Below, piece after piece: positions 1 to 8,364 of a stretch of DNA of 20,000 bases. Both the position numbers and the translations under genes were made by a program. The stretch is taken from the IMG/VR virus record IMGVR_UViG_3300033074_002160; one strand, 5' to 3'. This stretch comes from an uncultured virus (IMG/VR IMGVR_UViG_3300033074_002160) (lineage: Duplodnaviria > Heunggongvirae > Uroviricota > Caudoviricetes). How positions within the stretch are numbered: the stretch's first letter is position 1; every line of letters begins with the position of its first letter. Below the pieces are notes generated by a model. The model was given only the letters and a program-made list of their open reading frames with translations. It ran no database searches and was not told the DNA's origin.

Positions 1-205
1 CGTCGGCCTCGGCCGACATCTGCTTGAAGACGCGCCTCGCGGCGGCGACGTGGGGGTGCGGAGCACCCGGTGCGAGGGCCGAGAAGAGGCGCTCGGCCTC
101 GTCGACGTTGCGCTCCGCGATGCGCATGTTCTCGCGCGCCCGCTGGAGGCTGTCGCGGGCCTCTTCGAGGACGATCGGGAGCAGCTCGGCGAGGGCGGGG
201 GTCAC
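1..205 (-). CDS. hypothetical protein (3' end truncated by window), MTPALAELLPIVLEEARDSLQRAREN...
   Basis: GTG at 205 overlaps the TGA of the upstream gene; frame is open to the window edge; helical composition. Confidence 0.7.
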   Translation of the reverse strand, partial: MTPALAELLPIVLEEARDSLQRARENMRIAERNVDEAERLFSALAPGAPHPHVAAARRVFKQMSAEAD

Positions 206-384
206 CACGCCACCGGGTGGTACGGGTCCCAGAGCGCAGCCTCGCGCGGGTCCAAGGGCGGCGCGAGGTGGAGCACCTTCTTGCCGTGGGCCTTGCAGAA
301 GCCGTCGACGGTGCGCGCCTTCTTGGTGCAGCGCACGACGGCCGAGCGGTCCGTGGAGGTGGCGGTGTAGGCGCAGCGGGTCAT
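202..384 (-). CDS. small Cys/His zinc-finger protein (RC...RC...GFCKAHG), 60 aa
   Basis: ATGA overlap at 381-384; C-C-C-H ligand pattern. Confidence 0.7.
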   Translation of the reverse strand: MTRCAYTATSTDRSAVVRCTKKARTVDGFCKAHGKKVLHLAPPLDPREAALWDPYHPVAW

Positions 385-623
385 GCCCGCCTCGAGCGTG
401 TGCGCGCCGGGTACCAGCAGCTCAGCCAGCCGTGGACGGTGCGTCCCTTCCATCGCCCGACGCAGCCGTCCATCCAGAGGTTCATGAGGACGCCTCCGCA
501 GGCCACGGCGGCCTCCATCGAGGCGAACGAACGGAGGCGCCCAGTCTTCGGGTTGAACGAGGCCCAGATGCGTACCGGCTTCTTGGGGCTCCAGCGGTCC
601 CTCGCCAGGTACCGACGGGTCAC
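381..623 (-). CDS. hypothetical protein, 80 aa
   Basis: GTGA overlap at 620-623; 3' part of track ORF 381..977. Confidence 0.65.
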   Translation of the reverse strand: MTRRYLARDRWSPKKPVRIWASFNPKTGRLRSFASMEAAVACGGVLMNLWMDGCVGRWKGRTVHGWLSCWYPARTRSRRA

Positions 624-895
624 GGCTTCACCAGCCCTTCGATGTACCCCATCGAGCGCAGGTAGACCTGCCACGCGAAGCGCCCCGGGCGTGAGCGCGA
701 GGGCTCCTTCTCGACCTTCGTCTCGAAGCAGGGCCCGTAGGCCTCGACGATGCGGGCCGCTTGGTCGCGAGCCTGTTCCTCCGTGTGGAACCTCGACGTC
801 CCGCGACCGGGCGCGAGCCACGGCCCGGGGATCACCTTGCCGTCGGGCCCGAGCTTCGCCGAGTCCTCGCCCCACGGGGCGTGCGAGGCGCTCAC
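620..895 (-). CDS. hypothetical protein, 91 aa
   Basis: GTGA overlap at 892-895 with GAGGA RBS. Confidence 0.7.
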   Translation of the reverse strand: MSASHAPWGEDSAKLGPDGKVIPGPWLAPGRGTSRFHTEEQARDQAARIVEAYGPCFETKVEKEPSRSRPGRFAWQVYLRSMGYIEGLVKP

Positions 896-2019
896 GACTT
901 CCTCGGGTGCAGCAGAGCCTCGAGGTCGGCGAGGAGCGCCTCGCGCAGGGTGCGGTCCTTGATCTCGCGCGCCGCACGCCTCACGAGGTCGGAGAGGCAC
1001 TCGTGGAGCTCGGAGGAGTCGGCGGCGTCGCGCGCCGCGCGCAGCTCCGCGATGTCCCTCGCGGCGGCGTCGCGCTCCGTGAGCAGCTCGGCGATGTACA
1101 CATCAGCCCCGACCCCGCGACCGAACGTCGCGACGAGCTCCTTGTGGCGCGGCGTCTGCGCGGAGGCGATGGAGCGCTCGAGGCCGGGCTGGTCGGGCGG
1201 TCGACGATCGGCCGCCTTCACGGCCGCGTCGCGCTCCGTGACCACGCGCTCCGCCTGCTCGACGACGTCGGCCAGGTCGGGCGTGCCGAGGATGGTGCGG
1301 ATCTTGGCGAGAATCGCCGCGATCGCGTCGCGGTCGGAGCGCAGCGCGAGCTCGACGCCGGGCTCGGTGATCTCGTGGCCGCGGGCCGGGGCGGGCTTCG
1401 CACAGGTCGGCGTGATGTCGTAGCCGCAGGCGGGGCAGGCGACGGGCTCGGGCCCTCGCCGAGGCGCGCACACCGGACAGCCACGCCCCGTCGCCGTCCA
1501 TTCGAGACCACACGCGCGGCACGCATCGACGTCGCGGTCGTCCTCGTCAGGCTCGGGCTCGGGCAGCGACGCCTCGGGCAGGACGTTCGTCGCCTCGAGG
1601 CGCGCGAGCCGCGCATCGACCGTGCTTGCCCAGGCGCCGGTGTCCAGCGCCTCGATGCGGTGGAAGGCGTCCTCGATGGTGCTCGCGGTCTGGTTCTGCC
1701 GGCGCTCGAGCAGCATGATGCGCTCGAGCGCTGCTTCGATGTTTGCTTCGCCCACCGCGATGCGCTTCTCGAGCGTCTTGAGGTCGGTCGCCCGCGTGTC
1801 TCCGCCCGCGTCGCCGTCCGATGGAACGATGGTGAGATCACCGGCGCTGTGCCGCTCCGAGAGCGCGTTCGCTGCACGTCGGATGACCACGTCGAAGCGG
1901 CTGTGGTCGAGATCCGTCACGACGCCCAGAGAGCCACTTCGGGTGCGCACGCGCTGTCCGATCTTGAAGGTGGCCATGAGCGCTTCCTGATCGGCGACCC
2001 AGTGCTGTCCGCTGCTCAT
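892..2019 (-). CDS. mosaic phage protein: SH3/KOW-like N-terminus (FKIGQRVRT), coiled coil, Zn ribbons (CRAC..CPVC, CPAC), C-terminal coiled coil
   Basis: 375-aa ORF with ATGA overlap; alternative start ATG near 1978 (MATFKIG) after CAGGAAG. Confidence 0.8.
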   Translation of the reverse strand: MSSGQHWVADQEALMATFKIGQRVRTRSGSLGVVTDLDHSRFDVVIRRAANALSERHSAGDLTIVPSDGDAGGDTRATDLKTLEKRIAVGEANIEAALERIMLLERRQNQTASTIEDAFHRIEALDTGAWASTVDARLARLEATNVLPEASLPEPEPDEDDRDVDACRACGLEWTATGRGCPVCAPRRGPEPVACPACGYDITPTCAKPAPARGHEITEPGVELALRSDRDAIAAILAKIRTILGTPDLADVVEQAERVVTERDAAVKAADRRPPDQPGLERSIASAQTPRHKELVATFGRGVGADVYIAELLTERDAAARDIAELRAARDAADSSELHECLSDLVRRAAREIKDRTLREALLADLEALLHPRKS

Positions 2020-2354
2020 ACGACCTCCCCGTCGATGACGTCTTCGATCGGCTTCCCCCGCTTCACGCTCCTCGCCATACGGAACATGGCGATGGCGGTC
2101 TTCGCGATGCCGGCCCAGTCGAATGGAGCTGCGGGCGCCCCGGGCTTCTTCGGCTTCTTCGCGAGCGCCACCACGGCCTTGTCGAGGTCGTCGAGGGCTG
2201 CGCTGAACGCGGCGCCGTACTTCTTCTTCGCTTCGGCGTGAGCGCCGTCCTCGGACGCGCGCTTCGCCTCGCGTCGGGCCTTCACGACGGCGACGGCGGC
2301 GCGTACCAGGGTGTCGATCTCTTTCATGGGGCCTCGGGGGTGGGTGTCGCTCAT
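2016..2354 (-). CDS. hypothetical basic Ala/Lys-rich protein, 112 aa (alternative start 2327)
   Basis: ATGA overlap at 2351-2354; duplicated RBS/start 27 bp downstream. Confidence 0.75.
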   Translation of the reverse strand: MSDTHPRGPMKEIDTLVRAAVAVVKARREAKRASEDGAHAEAKKKYGAAFSAALDDLDKAVVALAKKPKKPGAPAAPFDWAGIAKTAIAMFRMARSVKRGKPIEDVIDGEVV

Positions 2355-2366
2355 GGGGCCTCGGGG
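2324..2366. repeat. 16-bp direct repeat TCATGGGGCCTCGGGG (2324-2339 and 2351-2366) duplicating a gene junction
   Basis: Exact match read from the sequence; minus strand CCCCGAGGCCCCATGA = RBS-like + ATGA. Confidence 0.85.
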
Positions 2367-2749
2367 TGGCGAAGGGTGTACGTCAGCACGGAAGGTGCGA
2401 GCGGCGGCTCGTGGGCGACCTCGGACCGGTGGTCCCAGAGCACCTTGTACCGCCAGCTGCGGAAGAAGGACCAGTCGCTCTCGTCGCGCGCAGCGACGAT
2501 CGGCCGCCAGCCGCCTGGCGGCGTGGTGCGCACGATCTCCTCGAAGCACCGCTGCGAGCAGAACCCGGGGGCCTCGCGGATCTCGATGATCTTGCCGCTG
2601 GGCAGGCGCACCGCCCCGTCGACAGCCTCCTGCAGTGGGCGCGTCGAACCGAGCGTCGCGTAGTAGAGCGACGCCTCGTAGCACTTGGGCGAGACCTTCT
2701 TGAGCATCACGCCGTTGCAGTGGGAGCAGCGCACGATGACGTCGCTCAC
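2351..2749 (-). CDS. treble-clef/TRASH-like Zn-binding protein (CSHC...FCSQRC), 132 aa
   Basis: CxxC ... FCSxxC motif; GTGA overlap. Confidence 0.75.
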   Translation of the reverse strand: MSDVIVRCSHCNGVMLKKVSPKCYEASLYYATLGSTRPLQEAVDGAVRLPSGKIIEIREAPGFCSQRCFEEIVRTTPPGGWRPIVAARDESDWSFFRSWRYKVLWDHRSEVAHEPPLAPSVLTYTLRHPEAP

Positions 2750-2931
2750 GGTGCGCCTCGTGCGCCGATCTCCCGCAGGAGGTCGGCCATGTAGTTCATG
2801 TGCTTCGCGAGCGTGTCGTGGCGCTCGTCGGACTCGACGGAGAAGATGGTGCGGTCCTCATGCCGGGCGGTGGTGATGCGCCGCTTGCGCTCCGAGAGGT
2901 TGAGGAGCGCGGTCTCGATGGCGATCTTCAC
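2746..2931 (-). CDS. hypothetical protein, 61 aa
   Basis: GTGA overlap, GAGGA RBS. Confidence 0.7.
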   Translation of the reverse strand: MKIAIETALLNLSERKRRITTARHEDRTIFSVESDERHDTLAKHMNYMADLLREIGARGAP

Positions 2932-3161
2932 GCTTCCTCTTCGTCGGGCGGCCAGACCCAGGACGACGCGAAGCCCGGCGTCGCGCGAAGTCTGCGGCGC
3001 GTCACCATGGCCCGGTTGTTCTTGTGCTCGTAGTCCTCGAAGATCGTCACGGACATCTCGCCGCCGTTCTGACCACCGTAGACGCCGGTGACGATCGCCG
3101 CCTTCGGGACCCCGGTGTAGTCGTAGACGTGAATGATGCTGCCGACGCGGGGCTTCTTCAC
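2928..3161 (-). CDS. small phage protein, probably SH3-like (PRVGSIIHV..AAIVTGV..WVWPP), 77 aa
   Basis: Pattern P.VG.I.H...AAIVT.V...W.WP resembles a common small phage family; GTGA overlap with GGAGG RBS. Confidence 0.75.
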   Translation of the reverse strand: MKKPRVGSIIHVYDYTGVPKAAIVTGVYGGQNGGEMSVTIFEDYEHKNNRAMVTRRRLRATPGFASSWVWPPDEEEA

Positions 3162-3370
3162 AGGCCCTCCATGCACTCGCGCACCCAGGCGACGAGGGCC
3201 TCGGCGGTGTCGAACGCCTCGCGGCGCAGCAGGCGCACGACGAAGCGACCGCTGACCGAGTCGTGATCGGCGATGAAGTCCATGCGCTTCTGCTCTGGCT
3301 CGGACAACTTCTCCCGAAGCAGGGCGATGACGCGGTCCATGTCGAGCTGCTCTCCGGCGACGGTGATCAC
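3158..3370 (-). CDS. hypothetical protein, 70 aa
   Basis: GTGA overlap, AGGAGG RBS. Confidence 0.7.
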   Translation of the reverse strand: MITVAGEQLDMDRVIALLREKLSEPEQKRMDFIADHDSVSGRFVVRLLRREAFDTAEALVAWVRECMEGL

Positions 3371-3909
3371 TTGGCCTCCTGGAGCCTCTCTCGGAACCGC
3401 TTCAGCGCCGCGATGCTCTCGCGGCAGTCGGCGATGGCGCGGTGCGCCTCGGCCTTGGGGTGCTCGGTCCCGTTCCAGACCTTGTCGACGAGGAGGAACG
3501 AGCTCACGTCGACCATGCGGTGGTGGAAGAAGCGCTCGAGCGACGGCGCGTGGACCTTGAGGAACGAGCGATCGAAGTGGATCGAGTTGCCCGCCAGCGT
3601 CGCGCCCTTCTCGACCCCGGCGCCGCGGAGGAAGCGGAGCGCGGTGCGGAAGGGCTCGTCGATGGGGTCCTTGCGCCACGAGGCGTACATCGACACCTTT
3701 TCGAGGAGGCCGTTCTTCGTGTGCATCTCGCGAACGAACGCGTCGGGCACGAGGTCTTCGCGGTGATCGGTGTACCCGAAGACCTGGGACCACGAACTCA
3801 CCTCTTCGAGCTCGGCGGTGACGACGACGATGCCGATCTCGAGCACGAGGTCGCGCTCGGGGTCGAGGCCCGTGGTCTCGAGGTCGAGGAAGACGAAGCG
3901 CGGGCTCAC
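3367..3909 (-). CDS. orn: oligoribonuclease (DEDDh 3'-5' exonuclease, Orn family), about 180 aa
   Basis: Motifs FLDLETTGLD, LAGNSIHFDRSFL, FFHHRMVDVSS and HRAIADCRESIAAL match Orn ExoI-III; GTGA overlap at 3906-3909. Confidence 0.92.
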   Translation of the reverse strand: MSPRFVFLDLETTGLDPERDLVLEIGIVVVTAELEEVSSWSQVFGYTDHREDLVPDAFVREMHTKNGLLEKVSMYASWRKDPIDEPFRTALRFLRGAGVEKGATLAGNSIHFDRSFLKVHAPSLERFFHHRMVDVSSFLLVDKVWNGTEHPKAEAHRAIADCRESIAALKRFRERLQEAK

Positions 3910-4976
3910 CACGGCCACCCCCGGAGCAGGCGCGCCCTGGCCGCGGTGGCCTCGCTCGGCATGGGGTAGCCCAGCGGCGACAGCGTCGCGGCGTCGTCGC
4001 GGAGAAGGACACGCGCCTCCGCGTCGAGCGGCAGCCAGTCCTCACCGTGGAAGCTGACGAAGCGCGACCCTGCGTGGACGTAGGCCTGCTGATCCTTGTC
4101 GAACCACACGGTGCAGCCGGCCGGGCGGGGCGTGGGCGGAGGCGGCGGCGCGGTCTTCGCGAGAGCCTCGCCCAGGCGAGCGATCTCTTTGCGCCACGCG
4201 GTCTCCGCGTTCGCGTAGGTCTCCGCCTCGACCTGCCGCTTCAGGTTCACCTGCTCGAGGCTCGCGACGAGGCTCTTGTTCGCCTCGAGCGCCTTGTCGC
4301 GCGCGACCTCGGCCTCGTCCCGCGCGATCCGCATCTTGTCGAGCGCCACGCGGTAGTCGAACAGCGCCTTCTCGATGGCGGCCTGCGTCCCACGCCCGAG
4401 GGCATCGTGCTCTTCGACCACACGCTTGTGCGCGTACTCGAGGTTCTCGATCGTCCCACAGAGGTTCTTGTTCTGCGTCATCAGGGACTCGTTCGCTGCG
4501 CGCAGGTTCTTGTTCGCGACGAGCGTCACCTCGGCTTCGCGGAGCGCCGCGTGCATCGCCTCGAGCTGCCGATGGACCGCCTCCCCGACCGGCACCCACG
4601 TCCGTGGATGCGACGTGTCGACGCTGCCCACCCGCTTCACTTGCGCCTCGGCGAGGCTCGCCTTGAGCGCCTCGATGTCGCCGAGCAGCGCCTCGTAGAG
4701 GTCGATGCTCTTGGTGATGCTCGGGTAGGGCATGTACCGCAGGAAGAGCCCCCAGCCGATGGCGAGCTTGTCGAGATCCTCGGCGGCGTTCTGCACCGCC
4801 TCGGGGAGAACGTCAGCGACGGCCTTGCGCAGGTCGTCGGCGATCTTCCGCAGGGTCCCCTGCGCGCCGTGGACGAGCTGCTCCTTGGTGTGCCCCTGCA
4901 CGAGGTCGCGGTTGTCCTGCTGCGCTCGGCGCAGGTCTTCGATGTGCCGGCGGACGGTCTCGGTACGGTTCTTCAT
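3906..4976 (-). CDS. coiled-coil phage protein with Pro linker and small C-terminal domain, 356 aa
   Basis: ATG at 4976 with GAGGAGG RBS; heptad-like L/A/E/K content; PPPPPTPRP linker. Confidence 0.8.
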   Translation of the reverse strand: MKNRTETVRRHIEDLRRAQQDNRDLVQGHTKEQLVHGAQGTLRKIADDLRKAVADVLPEAVQNAAEDLDKLAIGWGLFLRYMPYPSITKSIDLYEALLGDIEALKASLAEAQVKRVGSVDTSHPRTWVPVGEAVHRQLEAMHAALREAEVTLVANKNLRAANESLMTQNKNLCGTIENLEYAHKRVVEEHDALGRGTQAAIEKALFDYRVALDKMRIARDEAEVARDKALEANKSLVASLEQVNLKRQVEAETYANAETAWRKEIARLGEALAKTAPPPPPTPRPAGCTVWFDKDQQAYVHAGSRFVSFHGEDWLPLDAEARVLLRDDAATLSPLGYPMPSEATAARARLLRGWPW

Positions 4977-5017
4977 GTTCCTCCTCGGGGGCGTAGACGG
5001 TGCCCGGCCGGGTTCAT
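4973..5017 (-). CDS. putative 14-aa bridging mini-ORF MNPAGHRLRPRGGT
   Basis: ATG overlaps the upstream TGA (5014-5017) and its own TGA overlaps the downstream ATG (4973-4976). Confidence 0.4.
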   Translation of the reverse strand: MNPAGHRLRPRGGT

Positions 5018-5298
5018 TCACAGAGATCTTCAAGGGCACGCCAGAAGGCGAAGAGCTCGGCGGACTCCTCCTCGGGGCGCTCCTCGCCGAGGGCGATCTT
5101 GGCGAGCCGGAGAACCTCGAGCGCAGCCGCGCGCCGGGCGATGAGAGCCTCCTCGTGGCGCTCGGCATCGTGCCGATGTGCGCGATCAAGATCTGCGTAG
5201 GCCTCGCGCTCCGCGTCGAGATCGGCCTGAACGCGATCGAGCGCAGAACGCACAGCTGCGTGAACATCGCCGATCGCTCTGTCGACGTCCGCGATCAT
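5014..5298 (-). CDS. helical hypothetical protein, 94 aa
   Basis: ATGA overlap at 5295-5298. Confidence 0.7.
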   Translation of the reverse strand: MIADVDRAIGDVHAAVRSALDRVQADLDAEREAYADLDRAHRHDAERHEEALIARRAAALEVLRLAKIALGEERPEEESAELFAFWRALEDLCE

Positions 5299-5492
5299 GC
5301 GCCCCCGAACAGCCGCGCGACGCCCCAGAAGACGACGGACCACGCGACCCAGCCGAGCAGCGAAGCCGCGGCGAGGGCTCCGAGGACAGCGAGGACGAAG
5401 CAGCCAGAGAAGATCAGCCCACGGCGCTCGCGCGCTCGGTCGTCGGCGTCGAGCGGCTCGGGCGGCCGGATGGTCGGGGGCCCGGGTTTCAC
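5295..5492 (-). CDS. small membrane protein, 65 aa
   Basis: Hydrophobic segment GLIFSGCFVLAVLGALAAASLLGWVAWSVVFWGV; GTGA overlap; AAGGAG RBS. Confidence 0.75.
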   Translation of the reverse strand: MKPGPPTIRPPEPLDADDRARERRGLIFSGCFVLAVLGALAAASLLGWVAWSVVFWGVARLFGGA

Positions 5493-5770
5493 GCCTCGTA
5501 CTCCTTGCCCACGAGGTGCGTGAACCGCGACGCGAGCCCGGCCTTGAGCTTGCGCTGCTTGATGTCGTTCGCGATGGCCGCGATCATCGCCACCTCGGAC
5601 GTCGTCGCGGCGAAGTCGTAGGTGAGCCGCCCGAGCTGCAGATGCACGTCGAGATCGACCCGCGCGAGGTACTCGCGGAGCTCGGGGTCGAGCTGCACGA
5701 CCAGGCGGTTCGTGGCGTTGACGCCAGGCTGCGCGGCGATGTGCTCGACCTTGGTGATGATGTACTTCAT
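5489..5770 (-). CDS. hypothetical protein, 93 aa
   Basis: ATGA overlap; AAGGAAGGA RBS; globular composition. Confidence 0.8.
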   Translation of the reverse strand: MKYIITKVEHIAAQPGVNATNRLVVQLDPELREYLARVDLDVHLQLGRLTYDFAATTSEVAMIAAIANDIKQRKLKAGLASRFTHLVGKEYEA

Positions 5771-6360
5771 GCGTCCTTCCTTCTGAACGGGAACAGGGCC
5801 CGGCTCTCGAACACTTCCTCGATGCGCGCCCGGCGGCGCTCGCCCCAGTCGCGGTTCGCCTGCGTCGTAGGAAGGCGGTCCACCTCTGACCACGCGCGCT
5901 CGATGTGACGACGCGCCTCGAAGTCCCGGTTCCCCGAGCTCGGGTAGCCCGGCGGAGGCACCTCGACGATGCGCGGTCGAATGACGCGACCCTCGGCGTC
6001 GTGATCCTCGTCGTCGAAGAAGACCTCGACGAGGCGGCGCACCGGCAGTCCGAGGCGCGCCTGCTGCTGGAAGACGAACCCCTCTGTGTCGTTGACAGGC
6101 GGCGCTGCCGGAGGGCGCGGCGCCCGGTGCCGCACCATGAACAGGCGCTCCTCGACGCCCTCGGACTCGAGCCACGTCGGCAGGCCGAGCCACTCGACGA
6201 GGCGCCAGTACCGGCGCTGCTTGGGGTGGACGACGCGGCACACCGCGATGTGCGCGGAAAGCAGAGCGTCCGCATCCTCTTGCGGCATCTTGAGCAGGAC
6301 GTCGCCGACGGCGCCAGCTCGCGCGAGGCCGAGGAGGAGGTTGACGGCTCTGGCGTTCAC
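5767..6360 (-). CDS. hypothetical protein, 197 aa
   Basis: GTGA overlap at 6357-6360; 3' part of track ORF 5767..6825. Confidence 0.75.
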   Translation of the reverse strand: MNARAVNLLLGLARAGAVGDVLLKMPQEDADALLSAHIAVCRVVHPKQRRYWRLVEWLGLPTWLESEGVEERLFMVRHRAPRPPAAPPVNDTEGFVFQQQARLGLPVRRLVEVFFDDEDHDAEGRVIRPRIVEVPPPGYPSSGNRDFEARRHIERAWSEVDRLPTTQANRDWGERRRARIEEVFESRALFPFRRKDA

Positions 6361-6788
6361 CGCTTCGCCCTCGCGGCGATGTAACGTTCGCGGGCGGCCA
6401 TGACGGCGTCCGCGTCGCGGTAGATGCCGTCGAGGAAGGTCTGGCGCAGCTCGGTCCCGTTGAACGGGTCGCGGTGGGTCGCTATGAGCGCCTGCACGAG
6501 GTTGTCGACGCGGTACTGCCGATCGTCCTCGGCCATCGCGGCGAGGCGCTCCGCTTCGCCGTCGGCGAAGGGCTGCAGGAGCCTGATGAGGTCGTCGATG
6601 AGCACGCGAGCCCACGAGGACTGCGAGAGGAGCCTCGCCGAGAGCCGCGCGGCGCGCAGGGCCCCGCTGAGCGTCATGGCGTTCTTGCGGTGCTCGGCGA
6701 GCGCGGCGATGATCTCGCGGCCCTCGCCCTCGGAGAAGCCATTGCGGTCGCGCCCGTCGAGGCGCTTGGTGATCTCGTCGAGGGTCAC
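6357..6788 (-). CDS. helical hypothetical protein, 143 aa
   Basis: GTGA overlap, GAGGAGG RBS. Confidence 0.8.
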   Translation of the reverse strand: MTLDEITKRLDGRDRNGFSEGEGREIIAALAEHRKNAMTLSGALRAARLSARLLSQSSWARVLIDDLIRLLQPFADGEAERLAAMAEDDRQYRVDNLVQALIATHRDPFNGTELRQTFLDGIYRDADAVMAARERYIAARAKR

Positions 6789-6964
6789 TTCGCCTCCTCG
6801 AGCACCGCCGCAGCGTCGGCGGCATGCCCTGCCATCATCTTCGCCTCGGTGACGAGCCGGGCGAGCGTGGCGTCGATCTCCTTCAGCCGCCGTCGGAGCA
6901 GGTCGATCTGCGCCAGCTTCGCGCCGTAGCGCGTGACCACTTCTCGTGCTTCGTCGGTGGTCAT
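6785..6964 (-). CDS. small coiled-coil protein, 59 aa
   Basis: ATG at 6964 with AAGGAG RBS. Confidence 0.75.
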   Translation of the reverse strand: MTTDEAREVVTRYGAKLAQIDLLRRRLKEIDATLARLVTEAKMMAGHAADAAAVLEEAK

Positions 6965-7059
6965 GCGAGCTCCTTGGCGATCTTGCAGGGGCACCCCTTC
7001 AGCCCCTGGGGATCGATCGGCTGTTTCACATCGCGCGCGTCGGTCACGCGAGCTCCTTG
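6959..7059. repeat. 18-bp direct repeat GGTCAYGCGAGCTCCTTG (6959-6976 and 7042-7059, 1 mismatch) bracketing a mini-ORF
   Basis: Read from the sequence; minus strand CAAGGAGCTCGCRTGACC = RBS + stop/start overlap. Confidence 0.85.
6961..7047 (-). CDS. putative 28-aa bridging mini-ORF MTDARDVKQPIDPQGLKGCPCKIAKELA
   Basis: GTG overlaps the ParB-like stop, with AAGGAG RBS; its TGA overlaps the next ATG. Confidence 0.5.
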   Translation of the reverse strand: MTDARDVKQPIDPQGLKGCPCKIAKELA

Positions 7060-7925
7060 AGCGCCGCCGAGAGGCCCTTGATCTTCTTCTCCGAGATCTC
7101 CCCGCGCATCCAGCGCAGCGCCAGGAGGAAGCCCTCGGGGAGGTCGGTTCCCTCGGCCGCGATCAGCTTCTTCACGATGCGCCCCGAGGGTCGCACGACG
7201 CGGTCCTCGCCCTCGTCGACGGGCTTGGTGCGCTCCTTGACCTCGCGGGCGGTGGGCTTGACGCCCGAGGCGAGGATCTCCTCGAGCTTCGCGGCCTGCT
7301 CCTCCTTCGGCAGCGCGCCGAGCTGCGCGGCGGCGTGGGCGCTCACGGTGCCGGCCTCGACGGCCTTCTTCACGGGGGTCGAGAGGCCCGAGAGCAGGGC
7401 CCAGTCGCGGATCGTCTGCACCGAGACGCCGAAGATGATCGCGAGCTCGGCGTCGCTCGTGCCGCGGAGCCGCAGGCGCTCGGCCTTCGCGGCCTTCACG
7501 AGCGGGCCGTCGTCGAGGCGCTGCTCGTTCATCGTGACCATGGCCGCGCCGAGGGTCGAGTCCGAGACCTTCTTCGCGTTCTCGCCCTGCACCACGAGGG
7601 TGATGAGCGCCGGCTCTCCGCTCGCGCCCGAGCGGGCGTGCTCCTCACGCAGGATCTCGTTCGCCATGCGTGCCGCCAGGGTGCGGCGGCGGCCGTCGAC
7701 GACGCAGGGCACGCCGTCGGACACGGTGACCTTCACGATCTGCAGGACGCCGTAGGTGAGGATCGAGCGCACGAACTCGGGGGTGATCGGGGTCTTGATG
7801 CGCTCGTCCCAGAGCGGGTGCTCGGGCCCGTCCTTCGTGTCGATGCCGATGATGCGGACGTCCTCGGGCTTCATGCGGAACGCGTTGACGCGCCCCTCGT
7901 TGTTCTCGATCAGTTCCTTGGCCAT
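7044..7925 (-). CDS. ParB/Srx N-terminal domain protein with HTH (phage ParB-like), 293 aa
   Basis: HPLWDERI, GVLQIVKV and VVDGRRRTLA (GxxRxxA) motifs; HTH SDAELAIIFGVSVQTIRDW; GAGGA RBS before ATG 7925. Confidence 0.88.
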   Translation of the reverse strand: MAKELIENNEGRVNAFRMKPEDVRIIGIDTKDGPEHPLWDERIKTPITPEFVRSILTYGVLQIVKVTVSDGVPCVVDGRRRTLAARMANEILREEHARSGASGEPALITLVVQGENAKKVSDSTLGAAMVTMNEQRLDDGPLVKAAKAERLRLRGTSDAELAIIFGVSVQTIRDWALLSGLSTPVKKAVEAGTVSAHAAAQLGALPKEEQAAKLEEILASGVKPTAREVKERTKPVDEGEDRVVRPSGRIVKKLIAAEGTDLPEGFLLALRWMRGEISEKKIKGLSAALKELA

Positions 7926-7935
7926 GTCGTTCCTC

Positions 7936-8364
7936 TCAGAGCTCGAAGTCGTTCGGTTGCAGGTGGTCGCCGAAGCCCACGTCCTCGGCATCGGGCTCGG
8001 CCTCGGCGACGGCGCGCTGCAGGACTCCGAGGCCCTGCGCACCGTCGGTCGGGCACGGCACGAACGAGCTCTGCTTGCTCTCGTGGACCGTGCGCGGGTC
8101 GCGGAAGTAGGCGCCGATCGCCTTCACGTCGTAGACCTCGTCGCCGGTCTCGACGAAGTCGGGCGCGGGCTTCGGGGCGGGCGGTGCGGGGATCGGCGCC
8201 ACGGCGTACACCCCGGGCGGGGTGGCGCGGATCTCGGCGCGCACCGAGTCGAGGTCGCGCCTCGCGTTGATGAGCGTGATGTCGAACGGCGCATCGTCGT
8301 CGTTCTTCGCGAGCCCGGCGAGGTAGCCGGCGAGGAAGTCGAGGCCTGCGAGGTGCTCCTTCAT
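7936..8364 (-). CDS. hypothetical protein with acidic C-terminal tail, 142 aa
   Basis: ATGA overlap, GAGGAGG RBS. Confidence 0.75.
   Translation of the reverse strand: MKEHLAGLDFLAGYLAGLAKNDDDAPFDITLINARRDLDSVRAEIRATPPGVYAVAPIPAPPAPKPAPDFVETGDEVYDVKAIGAYFRDPRTVHESKQSSFVPCPTDGAQGLGVLQRAVAEAEPDAEDVGFGDHLQPNDFEL

Noticed and set aside
3906..5267. ORF-track 5' extensions (e.g. starts at 5267, 8042, 16217, 16686, 17619)
   Set aside because: They overlap upstream genes extensively; internal starts with RBS and RTGA overlap fit far better.
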